NCBI GenBank assembly: GCA_041751055.1
Contig: JBGSYD010000015.1
Span: 122,018-186,017 of the forward strand
Length of the DNA stretch: 64,000 nucleotides
Direction of reading: 5' to 3'
DNA from: Acidimicrobiia bacterium
GTDB lineage: Bacteria; Actinomycetota; Acidimicrobiia; Spongiisociales; ZC4RG35
Made by a program: the position numbers and the translations under genes. Shown piece after piece: positions 9,819-19,397 of this stretch (position 1 is the first letter of the stretch; each line of letters opens with the position of its first letter). The notes under the pieces are model-generated. The model did not search any database and was not told where the DNA came from. It saw only the letters and a program-made list of their open reading frames with translations.

Positions 9819-10763
9819 TCAGCTATTGATGATCTGAGCGAGCATCATGAGCTCGTCGTTGTTGTTCATCGGGATCTCGTATTGGGTGATGTCACGTATG
9901 GAGGCGAGGTTCTCGGCAATTGCTTCAGCCTCCGGCACGACCCCCTGACCTGCGAACCAGCCGTTGTTGGTCCCGATGAAGATCCGGGCATAGCGACCCC
10001 CACCCACGGAGAAGATTTGGTGTGTGAGCTCATTCGTCTCCGAGCACAGGTAGACGACCATTGGTGTGACCTGATCCGGATCGAACATCTCGGCGAACGG
10101 CCCGAGGATGTCCTTGGTCATCCTCGTGCGCGCCGTAGGTGCCACGACATTCGACTTGATCCCGTATTTCTCCCCTTCGATGGCGAGAACGTTGGAAAGG
10201 CCCATGAGGCCGGCTTTGGCGGCACCGTAATTGGCCTGGCCAAAGTTCCCGAAAAGCCCTGAGGCCGAGCTGGTGTGCACGAAACGGCCGTAATTCTTCT
10301 CCTTCATGACCTTGAAAGCGGGGTGGGCCACATAGAAGCCGCCTTTGAGGTGGACGTCGAGCACCGCGTCGATCTCGTCGAGGGTCATGTTCGCAAACGA
10401 CTTGTCTCTCAGGATGCCGGCGTTGTTGATGACAATGTCAACGGTCCCGAATGTATTGAGAGCTGTTTGGATGATTGCCTCACCACCCTCACGCGATGAG
10501 ACCGAGTCGTAATTGGCGACCGCTTCTCCTCCTGCAGCCACTATCTCGTCCACCACCACATCGGCCGCTGCTTTTGACGCACCACTGCCGTCAACTTCCC
10601 CTCCGAGATCGTTGACCACCACGCGCGCACCGCGACGGGCCAACTCTCGTGCGTAGCCACGCCCCAGACCTCCCCCCGCGCCCGTAATGACTGCAACGCG
10701 ACCGTCAAAAGTTATTGGTTCACTCATGGGGCCAGTTTGACCCTCAACGATCAACTGACGCAA
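9819..10763 (-). CDS. short-chain dehydrogenase/reductase, MFE-2 (HSD17B4) dehydrogenase-domain-like (3-hydroxyacyl-CoA dehydrogenase)
   Basis: 314 aa; VAVITGAGGGLGRGYA Rossmann motif, SDR catalytic YxxxK region. Confidence 0.75.
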   Translation of the reverse strand: MRQLIVEGQTGPMSEPITFDGRVAVITGAGGGLGRGYARELARRGARVVVNDLGGEVDGSGASKAAADVVVDEIVAAGGEAVANYDSVSSREGGEAIIQTALNTFGTVDIVINNAGILRDKSFANMTLDEIDAVLDVHLKGGFYVAHPAFKVMKEKNYGRFVHTSSASGLFGNFGQANYGAAKAGLMGLSNVLAIEGEKYGIKSNVVAPTARTRMTKDILGPFAEMFDPDQVTPMVVYLCSETNELTHQIFSVGGGRYARIFIGTNNGWFAGQGVVPEAEAIAENLASIRDITQYEIPMNNNDELMMLAQIINS

Positions 10764-10832
10764 ACCCGCTCACAAGCCAACGATGCATACCAAATGTCGG
10801 GGGGACGCAAGAAGCGTGATGCCCAGGGCAGA

Positions 10833-11981
10833 TCACAACCCGAGCGAGCGTCCGATGATCTCCTTCATGATCTCGTTGGTGCCCCCGTAAATCTTCTGCA
10901 CACGGGCATCCCGGAAGGCGCGGGCGATTGGATACTCTTCCATGTATCCCCAACCGCCAAAGAATTGGAGACAACGGTCGATCACCCGATTTTCCAACTC
11001 AGTCACCCACCACTTGGCCTTGGCCGCTTCTTCCGCGCTCAGCTCACCGTTGTTGTGCTCCAGTATCTGGGCGTCGACGTAATTCCGGGCAATATCCAAC
11101 TCGGTCCGGATCTCGGCCATCGCGTGTTTCACCGTCTGAAAGCCACCAATTGGCTGCCCGAAAGCAGACCGCTCCTTGATGTATTCCAGAGTCCAGCCGA
11201 AAGCCGTCTCGGCATGGGCAATAGACCCAACGGAAAGCGAAAGGCGCTCCTGTGGAAGGTTCTCAACGAGGTGGACAAACCCACGACCCTCCTCACCGAG
11301 CAGGTTCGACACAGGCACCTCGACGTTATCGAAGAAAAGCTCAGAAGTGTCCTGGGCGTGGAGGCCTATCTTGTCCAGGTTCCTGCCCCGGGTGAAGCCC
11401 TGCATCCCGTCCTCGACGACGAGGAGACTCATACCGGAGTGACGCTCGCCGGGGTCGGTCTTGACGACCGTTATCACCAGGTCGGAGTTGATCCCGTTGG
11501 TTATGAAGGTCTTCGAACCGTTGACCACGTAATGATCGCCGTCACGGATCGCCGAAGTCGAGATCCCGGCGAGATCCGACCCTGCACCCGGCTCGGTCAT
11601 GGCAATCGCTGTCATTAGCTCGCCAGAGGCCATGCCCGGCAGCCAACGCTGCTTTTGGTCGTCATTGCCCAACCGCAGGAAATACGGGAGGCAGACATCG
11701 TTGTGGAGGGTGATGCACATCCCTGACGCAAAGGCGTCACCGCGCATCAACTCTTCGACTACCACCGCATTGAATCTGAAGTCGTCGACTCCGCCCCCGC
11801 CGAATTCGACGGGGATGGCCATTCCCAGAAGACCGGCCTGACCAGCTTTCCGAAACATCGATTTGTCGACCAGGCCGGAGGACTCCCATTTCGAAACGTT
11901 CGGAGCTACCTCACGCTCGACGAAATCCCGTACGGTCGCCCGAAAGAGATCGTGATCGTCGTCGTAGAGACGTCGCCTCAC
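10833..11981 (-). CDS. fadE: acyl-CoA dehydrogenase
   Basis: 382 aa; ACAD N, middle and C domains; C-terminal GGTNEIMKEIIGRSLGL typical ACAD ending. Confidence 0.85.
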   Translation of the reverse strand: MRRRLYDDDHDLFRATVRDFVEREVAPNVSKWESSGLVDKSMFRKAGQAGLLGMAIPVEFGGGGVDDFRFNAVVVEELMRGDAFASGMCITLHNDVCLPYFLRLGNDDQKQRWLPGMASGELMTAIAMTEPGAGSDLAGISTSAIRDGDHYVVNGSKTFITNGINSDLVITVVKTDPGERHSGMSLLVVEDGMQGFTRGRNLDKIGLHAQDTSELFFDNVEVPVSNLLGEEGRGFVHLVENLPQERLSLSVGSIAHAETAFGWTLEYIKERSAFGQPIGGFQTVKHAMAEIRTELDIARNYVDAQILEHNNGELSAEEAAKAKWWVTELENRVIDRCLQFFGGWGYMEEYPIARAFRDARVQKIYGGTNEIMKEIIGRSLGL

Positions 11982-11990
11982 CGCGGCGTG

Positions 11991-13832
11991 TCAAACACCG
12001 GTGTACATGCTTTCGATCTCCTGCCCATACTTCTCGAGCACGACCCTGCGCTTGAGCTTGAGGGAGGGAGTCACCTCGCCGGAATCCGGTGTCCATTCGT
12101 CAGGGACGATGTACCACTTCTTTATTTGCTCGACTCGCGCCACGTTCTCGTTTGCCTCATCTATCGCCCGCTTGATCTCTTCTTGGACTTCGGGTGATGT
12201 CGAGAAGCTGGCCAGGTCGCCGTAGGACATCCCACGCGCCTCCGCCCACGCCGGAGCCTCTTCGTGATCCAGGGCGATGAGCATCGTCAGGAACTTCCGT
12301 CCGTCTCCAACCATCGCAGCTTTCGAAACCAGCGGGTGATTGCCCAGAAGAGTCTCCAGCTTGGCAGGTGCGACGTTCTTGCCGGCCGCTGTGATGATGA
12401 TCTCTTTCTTCCGACCGACGATCCAAAGGTACCCTTCTTCATCGAGGCGACCGAGATCGCCCGAGCTGAGCCAGCCGTCGTCGAGGAAGGTTTCGGCACT
12501 GGCTTCGGGCAGCTTGTAGTAGCCGGCCGTGATCACGCCGCCACTCATCAGAACCTCGCCGTCATCTGCGATCTTCACGCCGACTCCGGGCAACGGGCGC
12601 CCCACAGAGCCGACTTTGGAAGCGCCTGGAACGTTGGAGGTAGCCGGCCCGGTCGTCTCCGACATCCCATACAACTCGTGTAATGGGATCCCGATGGTCA
12701 GGAAGAACTTGACCAGGTCCGGGTTGATCGGGGCGGCCGCCGTGATGGCGATCTCCACCTGGTCCATACCCAAACCTTCTCGAACCTTCGACAAGGCGAT
12801 CTTGTCAAGGATTCCGGCGAGGGCACCACCGGAGCCGCCAGCGGCCTCCGCTTCGACTCTCTTCCCGTTTGTCTCCAGAGCTTTCTTGAGAAGTGCGCCC
12901 TTGATCCCGGAGGCTTCTTCAAACCGTGCTGTCAGACGAGAATGGAACTTCTCGTACACCCTTGGGACACCCACGAAAAGTGTCGGCTTAGCCTCCTGAA
13001 TGTACTCGAGCACTCCAGCGAGGTTCGGACAGAACCACACCTCCCCAGCGAGGTAGGTGCCCAGGTAATGCGTGGCCAAACGCTCGGCGATGTGGGCGAG
13101 CGGCAGATAAGAGACCATTCGGGCGCCGAGTTTCAAGCTGGCACCACGGCGGAGACACTCAACCGTCCACACGACGTTGCGCTGGCTGATCATCACGCCT
13201 TTTGGCGTCCCGGTTGTGCCTGACGTGTAGATGAGAGTCGCCAGCGTGTCCGGAGTGATCTTCTCCATGAGCTTGTTGACGGTTTCAGGGTCGGTCTGCA
13301 AGCGCTGCTGGCCTCGGGTCAGGAGCTCGTCCCACGAAAGGACCCAGTCGGCGGTGTCATAGTTCTCGGCCCCGGACATGAGCACCACATATTTGAGGTT
13401 CGGGAGCTCGGAGCGGATCTCCTCCCAGCGCTTCATGAAGTCGAGGTCTTCGAGGATCGCCACGGTGGCCGAGCAGTTTTCTGCGATGTATTGGATCTGA
13501 CTGGCGGTGAGCGTCGAATAGATGGTCACCGGCGTGGCGCCGGAGTGGGCGACTGCCATGTCCGCAATTACGTGTTCTGGCCGGTTCCCGGCCATGATTG
13601 TCACAAATTGGCCATCGGCGACACCAAGCGAGGCCAGTCCCGCTGCGGCTTTGTGCACTTGGTCGCGGTATCCCGACCATGTGAGCTCTTGGAATTCGCC
13701 GTTTTCCTTCCAGTGGAGAGCTGGCTTGTTGCCGTGGCGATCAGCGTTGCGGTTGAAGTAGTCGACAATTGTCTTACCTTCAACCACTGCGTCGATTTCG
13801 GCGCGCTCAGCGAGCAGGGCTTCTTCGGTCAT
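11991..13832 (-). CDS. fadD: long-chain fatty-acid--CoA ligase (AMP-binding)
   Basis: 613 aa; AMP-binding motif YTSGTTGTPKGV and adenylate-forming C-terminal lysine region. Confidence 0.8.
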   Translation of the reverse strand: MTEEALLAERAEIDAVVEGKTIVDYFNRNADRHGNKPALHWKENGEFQELTWSGYRDQVHKAAAGLASLGVADGQFVTIMAGNRPEHVIADMAVAHSGATPVTIYSTLTASQIQYIAENCSATVAILEDLDFMKRWEEIRSELPNLKYVVLMSGAENYDTADWVLSWDELLTRGQQRLQTDPETVNKLMEKITPDTLATLIYTSGTTGTPKGVMISQRNVVWTVECLRRGASLKLGARMVSYLPLAHIAERLATHYLGTYLAGEVWFCPNLAGVLEYIQEAKPTLFVGVPRVYEKFHSRLTARFEEASGIKGALLKKALETNGKRVEAEAAGGSGGALAGILDKIALSKVREGLGMDQVEIAITAAAPINPDLVKFFLTIGIPLHELYGMSETTGPATSNVPGASKVGSVGRPLPGVGVKIADDGEVLMSGGVITAGYYKLPEASAETFLDDGWLSSGDLGRLDEEGYLWIVGRKKEIIITAAGKNVAPAKLETLLGNHPLVSKAAMVGDGRKFLTMLIALDHEEAPAWAEARGMSYGDLASFSTSPEVQEEIKRAIDEANENVARVEQIKKWYIVPDEWTPDSGEVTPSLKLKRRVVLEKYGQEIESMYTGV

Positions 13833-14986
13833 GACTCCTCCATCGGGTTCGTGGCAACAGCTCCTTGGGACACGAGCTTACTTATCTGCCTGGAGCTATA
13901 GCCAAGCTCTTCGAGGATGCTCATTGTGTTTTCTCCCAGCTTGGGTGGCACGGGCGGGATGTCGTTCGGTGTTGCTGAGAATCGAGGCGCCGATGCAGGC
14001 TGGGCAATCCCACCCACATCGACAAATGTGCCACGCTCTCGTAGGTGCGGATCATGCGGCGCTTCTCGCAGAGTTCGGACCGGAGCGACACAGCCGTCGG
14101 TGCCGGCGAATCGGTCTATCCAGAAATCCTGGTTCTGGCTTGCGAAACGATCGGCGAAGAGCTGACGCATCTCGTCCCACCGAATTACGTCCTGCTGGGC
14201 CGGGCATTCGACGATCTCGAGTCCAGCGAGCAATGCTGCAAAGAACCGGGGCTCGAGCGCCCCCACTGCCATATGACGCCCGTCTGCGGTGGGATAGACC
14301 GAATAGAAGGGTGCACCACCATCGAGAAGGTTTGACCGACGCTGCTCCGTCCAGAAACCTTGCGCGATGAAGCCATGAAGCGATGTCGACAACAAAGCCG
14401 AGCCGTCGACCATCGCCGCGTCGACGACCTGGCCAGTCCCCGTCGCCCGCGCCTTGATCAGGGCCGCCAGGACACCAACGGCCAGCAGCATCCCGCCTCC
14501 TCCGAAATCACCGATCAGATTGAGCGGCACTACAGGGCTGTCCAGGTCGCCGATGGCACCCAACACCCCTGAGATCGCTATGTAATCGATGTCATGCCCC
14601 GCTGAAGAGGCATAGGGCCCGTCCTGGCCCCACCCTGTCATCCGACCAAAGACCAAACCGCCATTGGCAGCCAGAGCCTCCGCCGGGCCGACACCGAGAC
14701 GTTCCACGACGCCGGGGCGGAATCCTTCGATGAGGGCGTCGGCGTCTTCCAACATCCTCAGTACCAGCTGCACACCTTGCTCATGTTTCAGGTCGATCGC
14801 GATCGACCGTTTTCCCCGACGATGCAGGTCATATTCGGCAGAGACAAACAACGAACCCGTCCCGAGATCGGCACGTTCGATGAGGATGACGTCGGCGCCC
14901 AGGTCGGCAAGGACCATCCCGCAAAAGGGTGCCGGGCCCAGCCCGCCAAGCTCGACAATCCTGACACCCTCAAGTGGCCCTGACAT
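13829..14986 (-). CDS. mcr: family III CoA-transferase, alpha-methylacyl-CoA racemase (Mcr/AMACR)-like
   Basis: 385 aa; N-terminus MSGPLEGVRIVELGGLGPAPFCGMVLADLGADVILIER closely matches the AMACR/CaiB-BaiF family start; 4-nt overlap with fadD. Confidence 0.75.
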   Translation of the reverse strand: MSGPLEGVRIVELGGLGPAPFCGMVLADLGADVILIERADLGTGSLFVSAEYDLHRRGKRSIAIDLKHEQGVQLVLRMLEDADALIEGFRPGVVERLGVGPAEALAANGGLVFGRMTGWGQDGPYASSAGHDIDYIAISGVLGAIGDLDSPVVPLNLIGDFGGGGMLLAVGVLAALIKARATGTGQVVDAAMVDGSALLSTSLHGFIAQGFWTEQRRSNLLDGGAPFYSVYPTADGRHMAVGALEPRFFAALLAGLEIVECPAQQDVIRWDEMRQLFADRFASQNQDFWIDRFAGTDGCVAPVRTLREAPHDPHLRERGTFVDVGGIAQPASAPRFSATPNDIPPVPPKLGENTMSILEELGYSSRQISKLVSQGAVATNPMEES

Positions 14987-15000
14987 GGGCGCAGGCTAAC

Positions 15001-15189
15001 TCAGCTCAATCTGATTCTTGGGTCGAGCCAGCCGTAGACGACGTCGGCAACGAGATTGAAGAAGATGATCGCCACGGCGGTGACCATCATCCACGCCATC
15101 AGCGTGTAGACCTCCCCGCGGTTCAAGGCATCTATGAAGAACTTGCCCATGCCCGGCCAGGCGAAAATCGTCTCCGTGTCCTCCAACAA
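15001..15189 (-). pseudogene. 3' remnant (last ~55 codons) of a dppB/oppB-type ABC permease gene
   Basis: Encoded peptide ...TETIFAWPGMGKFFIDALNRGEVYTLMAWMMVTAVAIIFFNLVADVVYGWLDPRIRLS is co-linear with the C-terminus of the intact permease at 18282-19247; DNA roughly 80% identical; no upstream coding continuation. Confidence 0.6.
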
Positions 15190-15263
15190 ACCAGCCGGCC
15201 AAAGGGTCTATGTCAGAACAGACGGCACCATTTCAGTCGTCCGCGATCTTTTTGAACGCCGGA

Positions 15264-16313
15264 TCAGGACGGTACGGCTCCGGCGAGGATCTCAACAGGA
15301 GCGGCGAAGTGGCATGCCGTCAGGTGCCCGAATTGCTCGACGAGTGGCGGAGTCTCCTCGGCACAGATGTCCTGGGCTTTCCAGCAGCGCGTCCTGAAAA
15401 CGCAACCCGACGGTGGGTTGGACGGATTGGGGACGTCCCCGGTCAGAACGATGCGTTCCCGGCTCTTGGACACTCTCGGGTCCGGGATCGGAACCGCCGA
15501 CAGCAGCGCCTGGGTGTAAGGGTGGGTAGGGTTCTGGAAGATCTCCTGGCGAGTCCCGATTTCCACGATGTGACCCAGATACATCACGCCGACTCGGTGG
15601 GAGATATGGCGCACGATGGAGAGGTCGTGGGCAATGAAGAGGTACGACAGCTCCAACTCGCCCTGGATCTCCTGGAGAAGGTTGATGACTTGCGCCTGGA
15701 TGGATACGTCGAGAGCCGACACCGGTTCGTCGAGCAGCAGCATTCGCGGGTTGAGGGCGAGGGCGCGGGCAATGCCGATTCGCTGCCGCTGACCACCGGA
15801 GAATTCGTGAGGGAACCGGTTGCCGTGCTCCGGTGAAAGCTGAACGAGTCGAAGCAACTCGGCAACTCTTTCAACTCCGCCATCTTCGTAGAGATTGTGG
15901 ATTCGCAGTGGCTCGGCGACGATCTCCCGCACCGTCATCCTTGGATTCAGCGATGCGTAGGGGTCCTGGAACACGATCTGCAAATCCCGTCGCACCGGAC
16001 GGAGGTCTTTGCGACTCATTCGGGTGATGTCGACACCCATGAAATCGATTTCGCCCGCCGTCGGCTCCAACAGTCGGATAATGGCACGTGCGGTTGTGGA
16101 CTTGCCACATCCGGACTCGCCGACGAGCCCAAGCGTTTCGGCGTGGCCGACATCGAATGAGACTCCGTCGACGGCATACACATGGCCAACCGTCTTGCGA
16201 CGCAAACCCTCTTTGATCGGGAAATGCATCTTGAGGTCCCTGACGCTCAAGACCGGTTGCCCCGTGGCGCCGGTGGCACCGTTGCCCGTGTAAGAGATGT
16301 TCTCGGCAGTCAT
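15264..16313 (-). CDS. dppF: peptide/nickel ABC transporter ATP-binding protein (DppF/OppF type)
   Basis: 349 aa; Walker [10 protein letters not shown], signature LSGGQRQR, C-terminal Cys-rich oligopeptide-transporter C domain. Confidence 0.85.
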   Translation of the reverse strand: MTAENISYTGNGATGATGQPVLSVRDLKMHFPIKEGLRRKTVGHVYAVDGVSFDVGHAETLGLVGESGCGKSTTARAIIRLLEPTAGEIDFMGVDITRMSRKDLRPVRRDLQIVFQDPYASLNPRMTVREIVAEPLRIHNLYEDGGVERVAELLRLVQLSPEHGNRFPHEFSGGQRQRIGIARALALNPRMLLLDEPVSALDVSIQAQVINLLQEIQGELELSYLFIAHDLSIVRHISHRVGVMYLGHIVEIGTRQEIFQNPTHPYTQALLSAVPIPDPRVSKSRERIVLTGDVPNPSNPPSGCVFRTRCWKAQDICAEETPPLVEQFGHLTACHFAAPVEILAGAVPS

Positions 16314-17342
16314 CTACAACTCGATTCCTGTGACAGCCGAGTCACGTTGAATCTCGAGAACTACCTCGTCCGGGAAGTGACAGGCGCTCTCGTGTCCACC
16401 GGTGACCTGGACGACTTCAGGAACTTTGGTGCGACACAGTTCCCGGCCTTCCGACATTCGGCATCTCGGGTGAAATGCGCAGCCAGGTGGCAGGTTGATC
16501 ACCGACGGCGGGTTGCCCGGGATCGGCAGAAGTTTCTCGATCTCACCGGTGACACGGGGAAGGCTCATCATGAGCCCCAGTGTGTAGGGATGGCGAGGGC
16601 TGTGGAAGATCTGGTCGACTGTGCCCCGCTCGACGACCCGCCCGCCATACATCACGGCGACACGGTCCGCCATCTCGGCGACGACTCCAAGGTCGTGGGT
16701 GATCAACACTGTGGCCGCTCCCGTCTCCTCGGCTGCGATCCGCATGACGTCCAGGACCTGCGCCTGAATGGTGACATCGAGAGCGGTAGTCGGTTCGTCA
16801 GCGATCAGCACCGACGGCTTATTGGCCATCGCCATCGCAATCATGGCGCGTTGCCGCATCCCTCCCGAGTACTCATGGGGGTACTGGTCATAACGCCGCG
16901 ACGGGTTCGGAACACCGACCAATTCGAGGAGATCGATGGTCTGCTTCCGGGCGTCATCCTCACTCAGATCGTCGTTGTGGACGAGAAGCGCTTCGGCGAT
17001 TTGAAGGCCCACCTTGAAAACGGGGTTCATCGAGGTCATCGGATCCTGGAAGATCATCGCGATTTCCTTGTTGCGGATCTTGCGAAGCTCTTCGATCGGC
17101 AACCCGATTATGTTGCGACCCTTGTAGAGAACTTCTCCACGGACGATTCTTCCCGGGGGCATCTGGATGAGACCCAGGGCCGCCATCACCGTGACGCTTT
17201 TGCCTGAGCCGGACTCCCCTACGACGCCGAGGGTTTCTCCCGGGTAGACTTCGTAGCTGACTCCATCTACGGCATGTACCACGCCGTCGGGCGTGTCGAA
17301 CTCCACGACCAAGTCGCGGATTGATAGGACCGGTTCAGTCAC
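16314..17342 (-). CDS. dppD: peptide/nickel ABC transporter ATP-binding protein (DppD/OppD type)
   Basis: 342 aa; Walker A GESGSGKS, signature YSGGMRQR, C-terminal Cys motif. Confidence 0.85.
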   Translation of the reverse strand: MTEPVLSIRDLVVEFDTPDGVVHAVDGVSYEVYPGETLGVVGESGSGKSVTVMAALGLIQMPPGRIVRGEVLYKGRNIIGLPIEELRKIRNKEIAMIFQDPMTSMNPVFKVGLQIAEALLVHNDDLSEDDARKQTIDLLELVGVPNPSRRYDQYPHEYSGGMRQRAMIAMAMANKPSVLIADEPTTALDVTIQAQVLDVMRIAAEETGAATVLITHDLGVVAEMADRVAVMYGGRVVERGTVDQIFHSPRHPYTLGLMMSLPRVTGEIEKLLPIPGNPPSVINLPPGCAFHPRCRMSEGRELCRTKVPEVVQVTGGHESACHFPDEVVLEIQRDSAVTGIEL

Positions 17343-18289
17343 TTGACTCTTTGCTTTGGGTCGAGGGCGTCGCGCAAACCGTCACCAACGAAGTTGATAC
17401 ACAGCGCGATCAGGACAATGGTCAACCCCGGGAACGTCGCCAACCACCATTGGGACGTCAACGAGTCCTGACCATCGGCTATCAACACTCCCAGCGCCGG
17501 GAATGGCGGCTGCACCCCGAATCCAAGGAAGCTCAAAGCCGCCTCGATCAGGATCGCCGATGCCACGGTCAATGTCGCGTTCACGATGATCGGCCCCATT
17601 GTGTTGGGGAGGATGTGCCGGAAGATGATCCGGCTGTCTGACGCGCCGAGGACTTTGGCAGCCTCGACAAATTCCTTCTCCCGCAAACTAAGGAACTCAC
17701 CCCGAACTATTCGCGCCAACCCGGTCCAGAACAACAACCCGAGAATGAGCGCCACCCGTACCGGGCTCCCCGCTCCAAGGAAAGCCGACAGGACCAGGAG
17801 GATCGCCAGGAACGGGACCGTGAGGAAAAGATCGGTCATCCTCATGAGGAGGTTGTCGACCTTGCCGCCGTAGTAACCGGCAACACCGCCGATGACGACA
17901 CCTATCGCCGTCGACAGGCCGGCAACGATGAAGGCCACGTACACGGAGGTCCTGGTCCCGAAGAGGGTACGGCTGAAGTAGTCCCGCCCGATCTTGTCAG
18001 TACCGAAATAATGCTGATCCTGGAACGTTGGAGCCATAGACCGGTTCGGCACGTCGACTTCGGCGAAGTCGTAGGGGGCGATGAAGTCGGCAAACAAGGC
18101 GGCACCAAAGACGAGCAGAAGAATGACCAGCGAAGTCATGGCGAGCTTGTGCTGGAAGAATTTCCGGCGCGCCAGTTGCCACTGTGTGAGCGACTGCACC
18201 TCCAACCCCTCGAGATGAACAGCCTCGACGGCCGCCGCGGTCTGCAGCTCCTCCAGCTTTTCGTCGTTGCGGGACTTCTGATCAGTCAT
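17339..18289 (-). CDS. dppC: peptide ABC transporter permease (DppC/OppC type)
   Basis: 316 aa; 6 TM helices; BPD_transp_1 EAA-like region; overlaps neighbours by 4 and 8 nt. Confidence 0.85.
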   Translation of the reverse strand: MTDQKSRNDEKLEELQTAAAVEAVHLEGLEVQSLTQWQLARRKFFQHKLAMTSLVILLLVFGAALFADFIAPYDFAEVDVPNRSMAPTFQDQHYFGTDKIGRDYFSRTLFGTRTSVYVAFIVAGLSTAIGVVIGGVAGYYGGKVDNLLMRMTDLFLTVPFLAILLVLSAFLGAGSPVRVALILGLLFWTGLARIVRGEFLSLREKEFVEAAKVLGASDSRIIFRHILPNTMGPIIVNATLTVASAILIEAALSFLGFGVQPPFPALGVLIADGQDSLTSQWWLATFPGLTIVLIALCINFVGDGLRDALDPKQRVK

Positions 18290-19247
18290 AGCGAATCCTC
18301 GGGTCGAGCCAGCCGTAGACGATGTCGGCGACCAGGTTGGCGATTATCACAGCAACGGCTGTGACCATGAGCCAGGCCATCAAGGTGTAAACCTCACCAC
18401 GGACGAGGGCATCAATGAAGAACTTGCCCATACCCGGCCAGGCAAAGATCGTCTCGGTGATGACCGCACCGCCGAGGACAGCGCCGAAGCTGAGCGCGGT
18501 GATGGTCACAACAGGAATCAGTGCATTACGCAGACCGTGTTTGAGCGTCACCACACGTTCTTTGACACCTTTGGCGCGCGCCGTCCTGATGTAGTCGGAA
18601 TGGAGCACCTCGAGCATCGACGCTCTCTGGTATCTGCTGTATGTCGCAATCGACACATATGAAAGGGCCACTACCGGCAACACCATGTGTTGGAGCCGAT
18701 CTATGAAGATATTGTCGGGATTGAACGACGAGATCCCGAACGTATAGAACAGCCTGACCCCAGTTTGCAGGAAGAAGGTCGTCGCCAGCGCCTGCAGGAT
18801 CAAGGCAAACCAGAAGATGGGAACCGAGAAACCGAAGAAACTGATCGTTGTCGTCGCGTAATCGAAGAAGCTGTATTGTTTCTTCGCCGAGAACACGCCG
18901 AGGATCACAGCCAGGACAACAGCGATCAGCTCGGAGACAAATACCAGTTGCATCGTGTTGCCAATCGCTCGTGACAGGTCCGGCCAAATCTTCTGGTTCC
19001 CAATGGCGGTAGTACCGAACTGCTCAAAAAATACGTCCCTGAGCCAGAACCCGTATTGGATAAACATCGGGTCGTCGAGGTGTTTCCTATCAACGATGTT
19101 CTGGATGGTTTGCTGGCTCACATTTGGTGTGAGCCTGATCTGGGAAATGGGATCGGTGACGAGCGACATCCCGAAGAAGACGAGGATCGTTGCTGCCAAA
19201 AGCACGGGAATGCTGTAGAGCAATCGCCTTGCGATGAATGTACCCAT
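18282..19247 (-). CDS. dppB: peptide ABC transporter permease (DppB/OppB type)
   Basis: 321 aa; conserved C-terminal FAWPGMGKFFIDAL...YGWLDPRIR. Confidence 0.85.
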   Translation of the reverse strand: MGTFIARRLLYSIPVLLAATILVFFGMSLVTDPISQIRLTPNVSQQTIQNIVDRKHLDDPMFIQYGFWLRDVFFEQFGTTAIGNQKIWPDLSRAIGNTMQLVFVSELIAVVLAVILGVFSAKKQYSFFDYATTTISFFGFSVPIFWFALILQALATTFFLQTGVRLFYTFGISSFNPDNIFIDRLQHMVLPVVALSYVSIATYSRYQRASMLEVLHSDYIRTARAKGVKERVVTLKHGLRNALIPVVTITALSFGAVLGGAVITETIFAWPGMGKFFIDALVRGEVYTLMAWLMVTAVAVIIANLVADIVYGWLDPRIRYD

Positions 19248-19339
19248 GTGTGCCTCTCCGTCCTGCTACGAAGCCTTCCGGTCACTCTAGCCCGACAGTC
19301 GCACCCGAGGGACGCCGTCGTGACATTCGTGTAGGTAGT

Positions 19340-19373
19340 GAAGAGGGGGCCGCCTTGCGGCCGCCCCCTCTTC
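19340..19373 (-). terminator. GC-rich intra-operon stem-loop between the binding-protein gene and dppB (attenuator/mRNA stabiliser candidate)
   Basis: aagagggggccgcc-ttgc-ggccgccccctctt: roughly 13-bp stem with one mismatch, 4-nt loop, no U tract; 25 nt after the binding-protein gene stop. Confidence 0.4.
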
Positions 19374-19397
19374 GTAATCAGCTAACGCTGGGCTGGA

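Noticed and set aside
9126-10262. 378-aa plus-strand ORF antisense to the SDR and MaoC genes
   Set aside because: Typical high-GC antisense ORF (Arg/His/Gly-rich, no domain); the opposite-strand genes have clear homology
16182-17207. 341-aa plus-strand ORF antisense to the dppD ATPase gene
   Set aside because: Same reasoning: compositional artefact opposite a strongly conserved ABC ATPase
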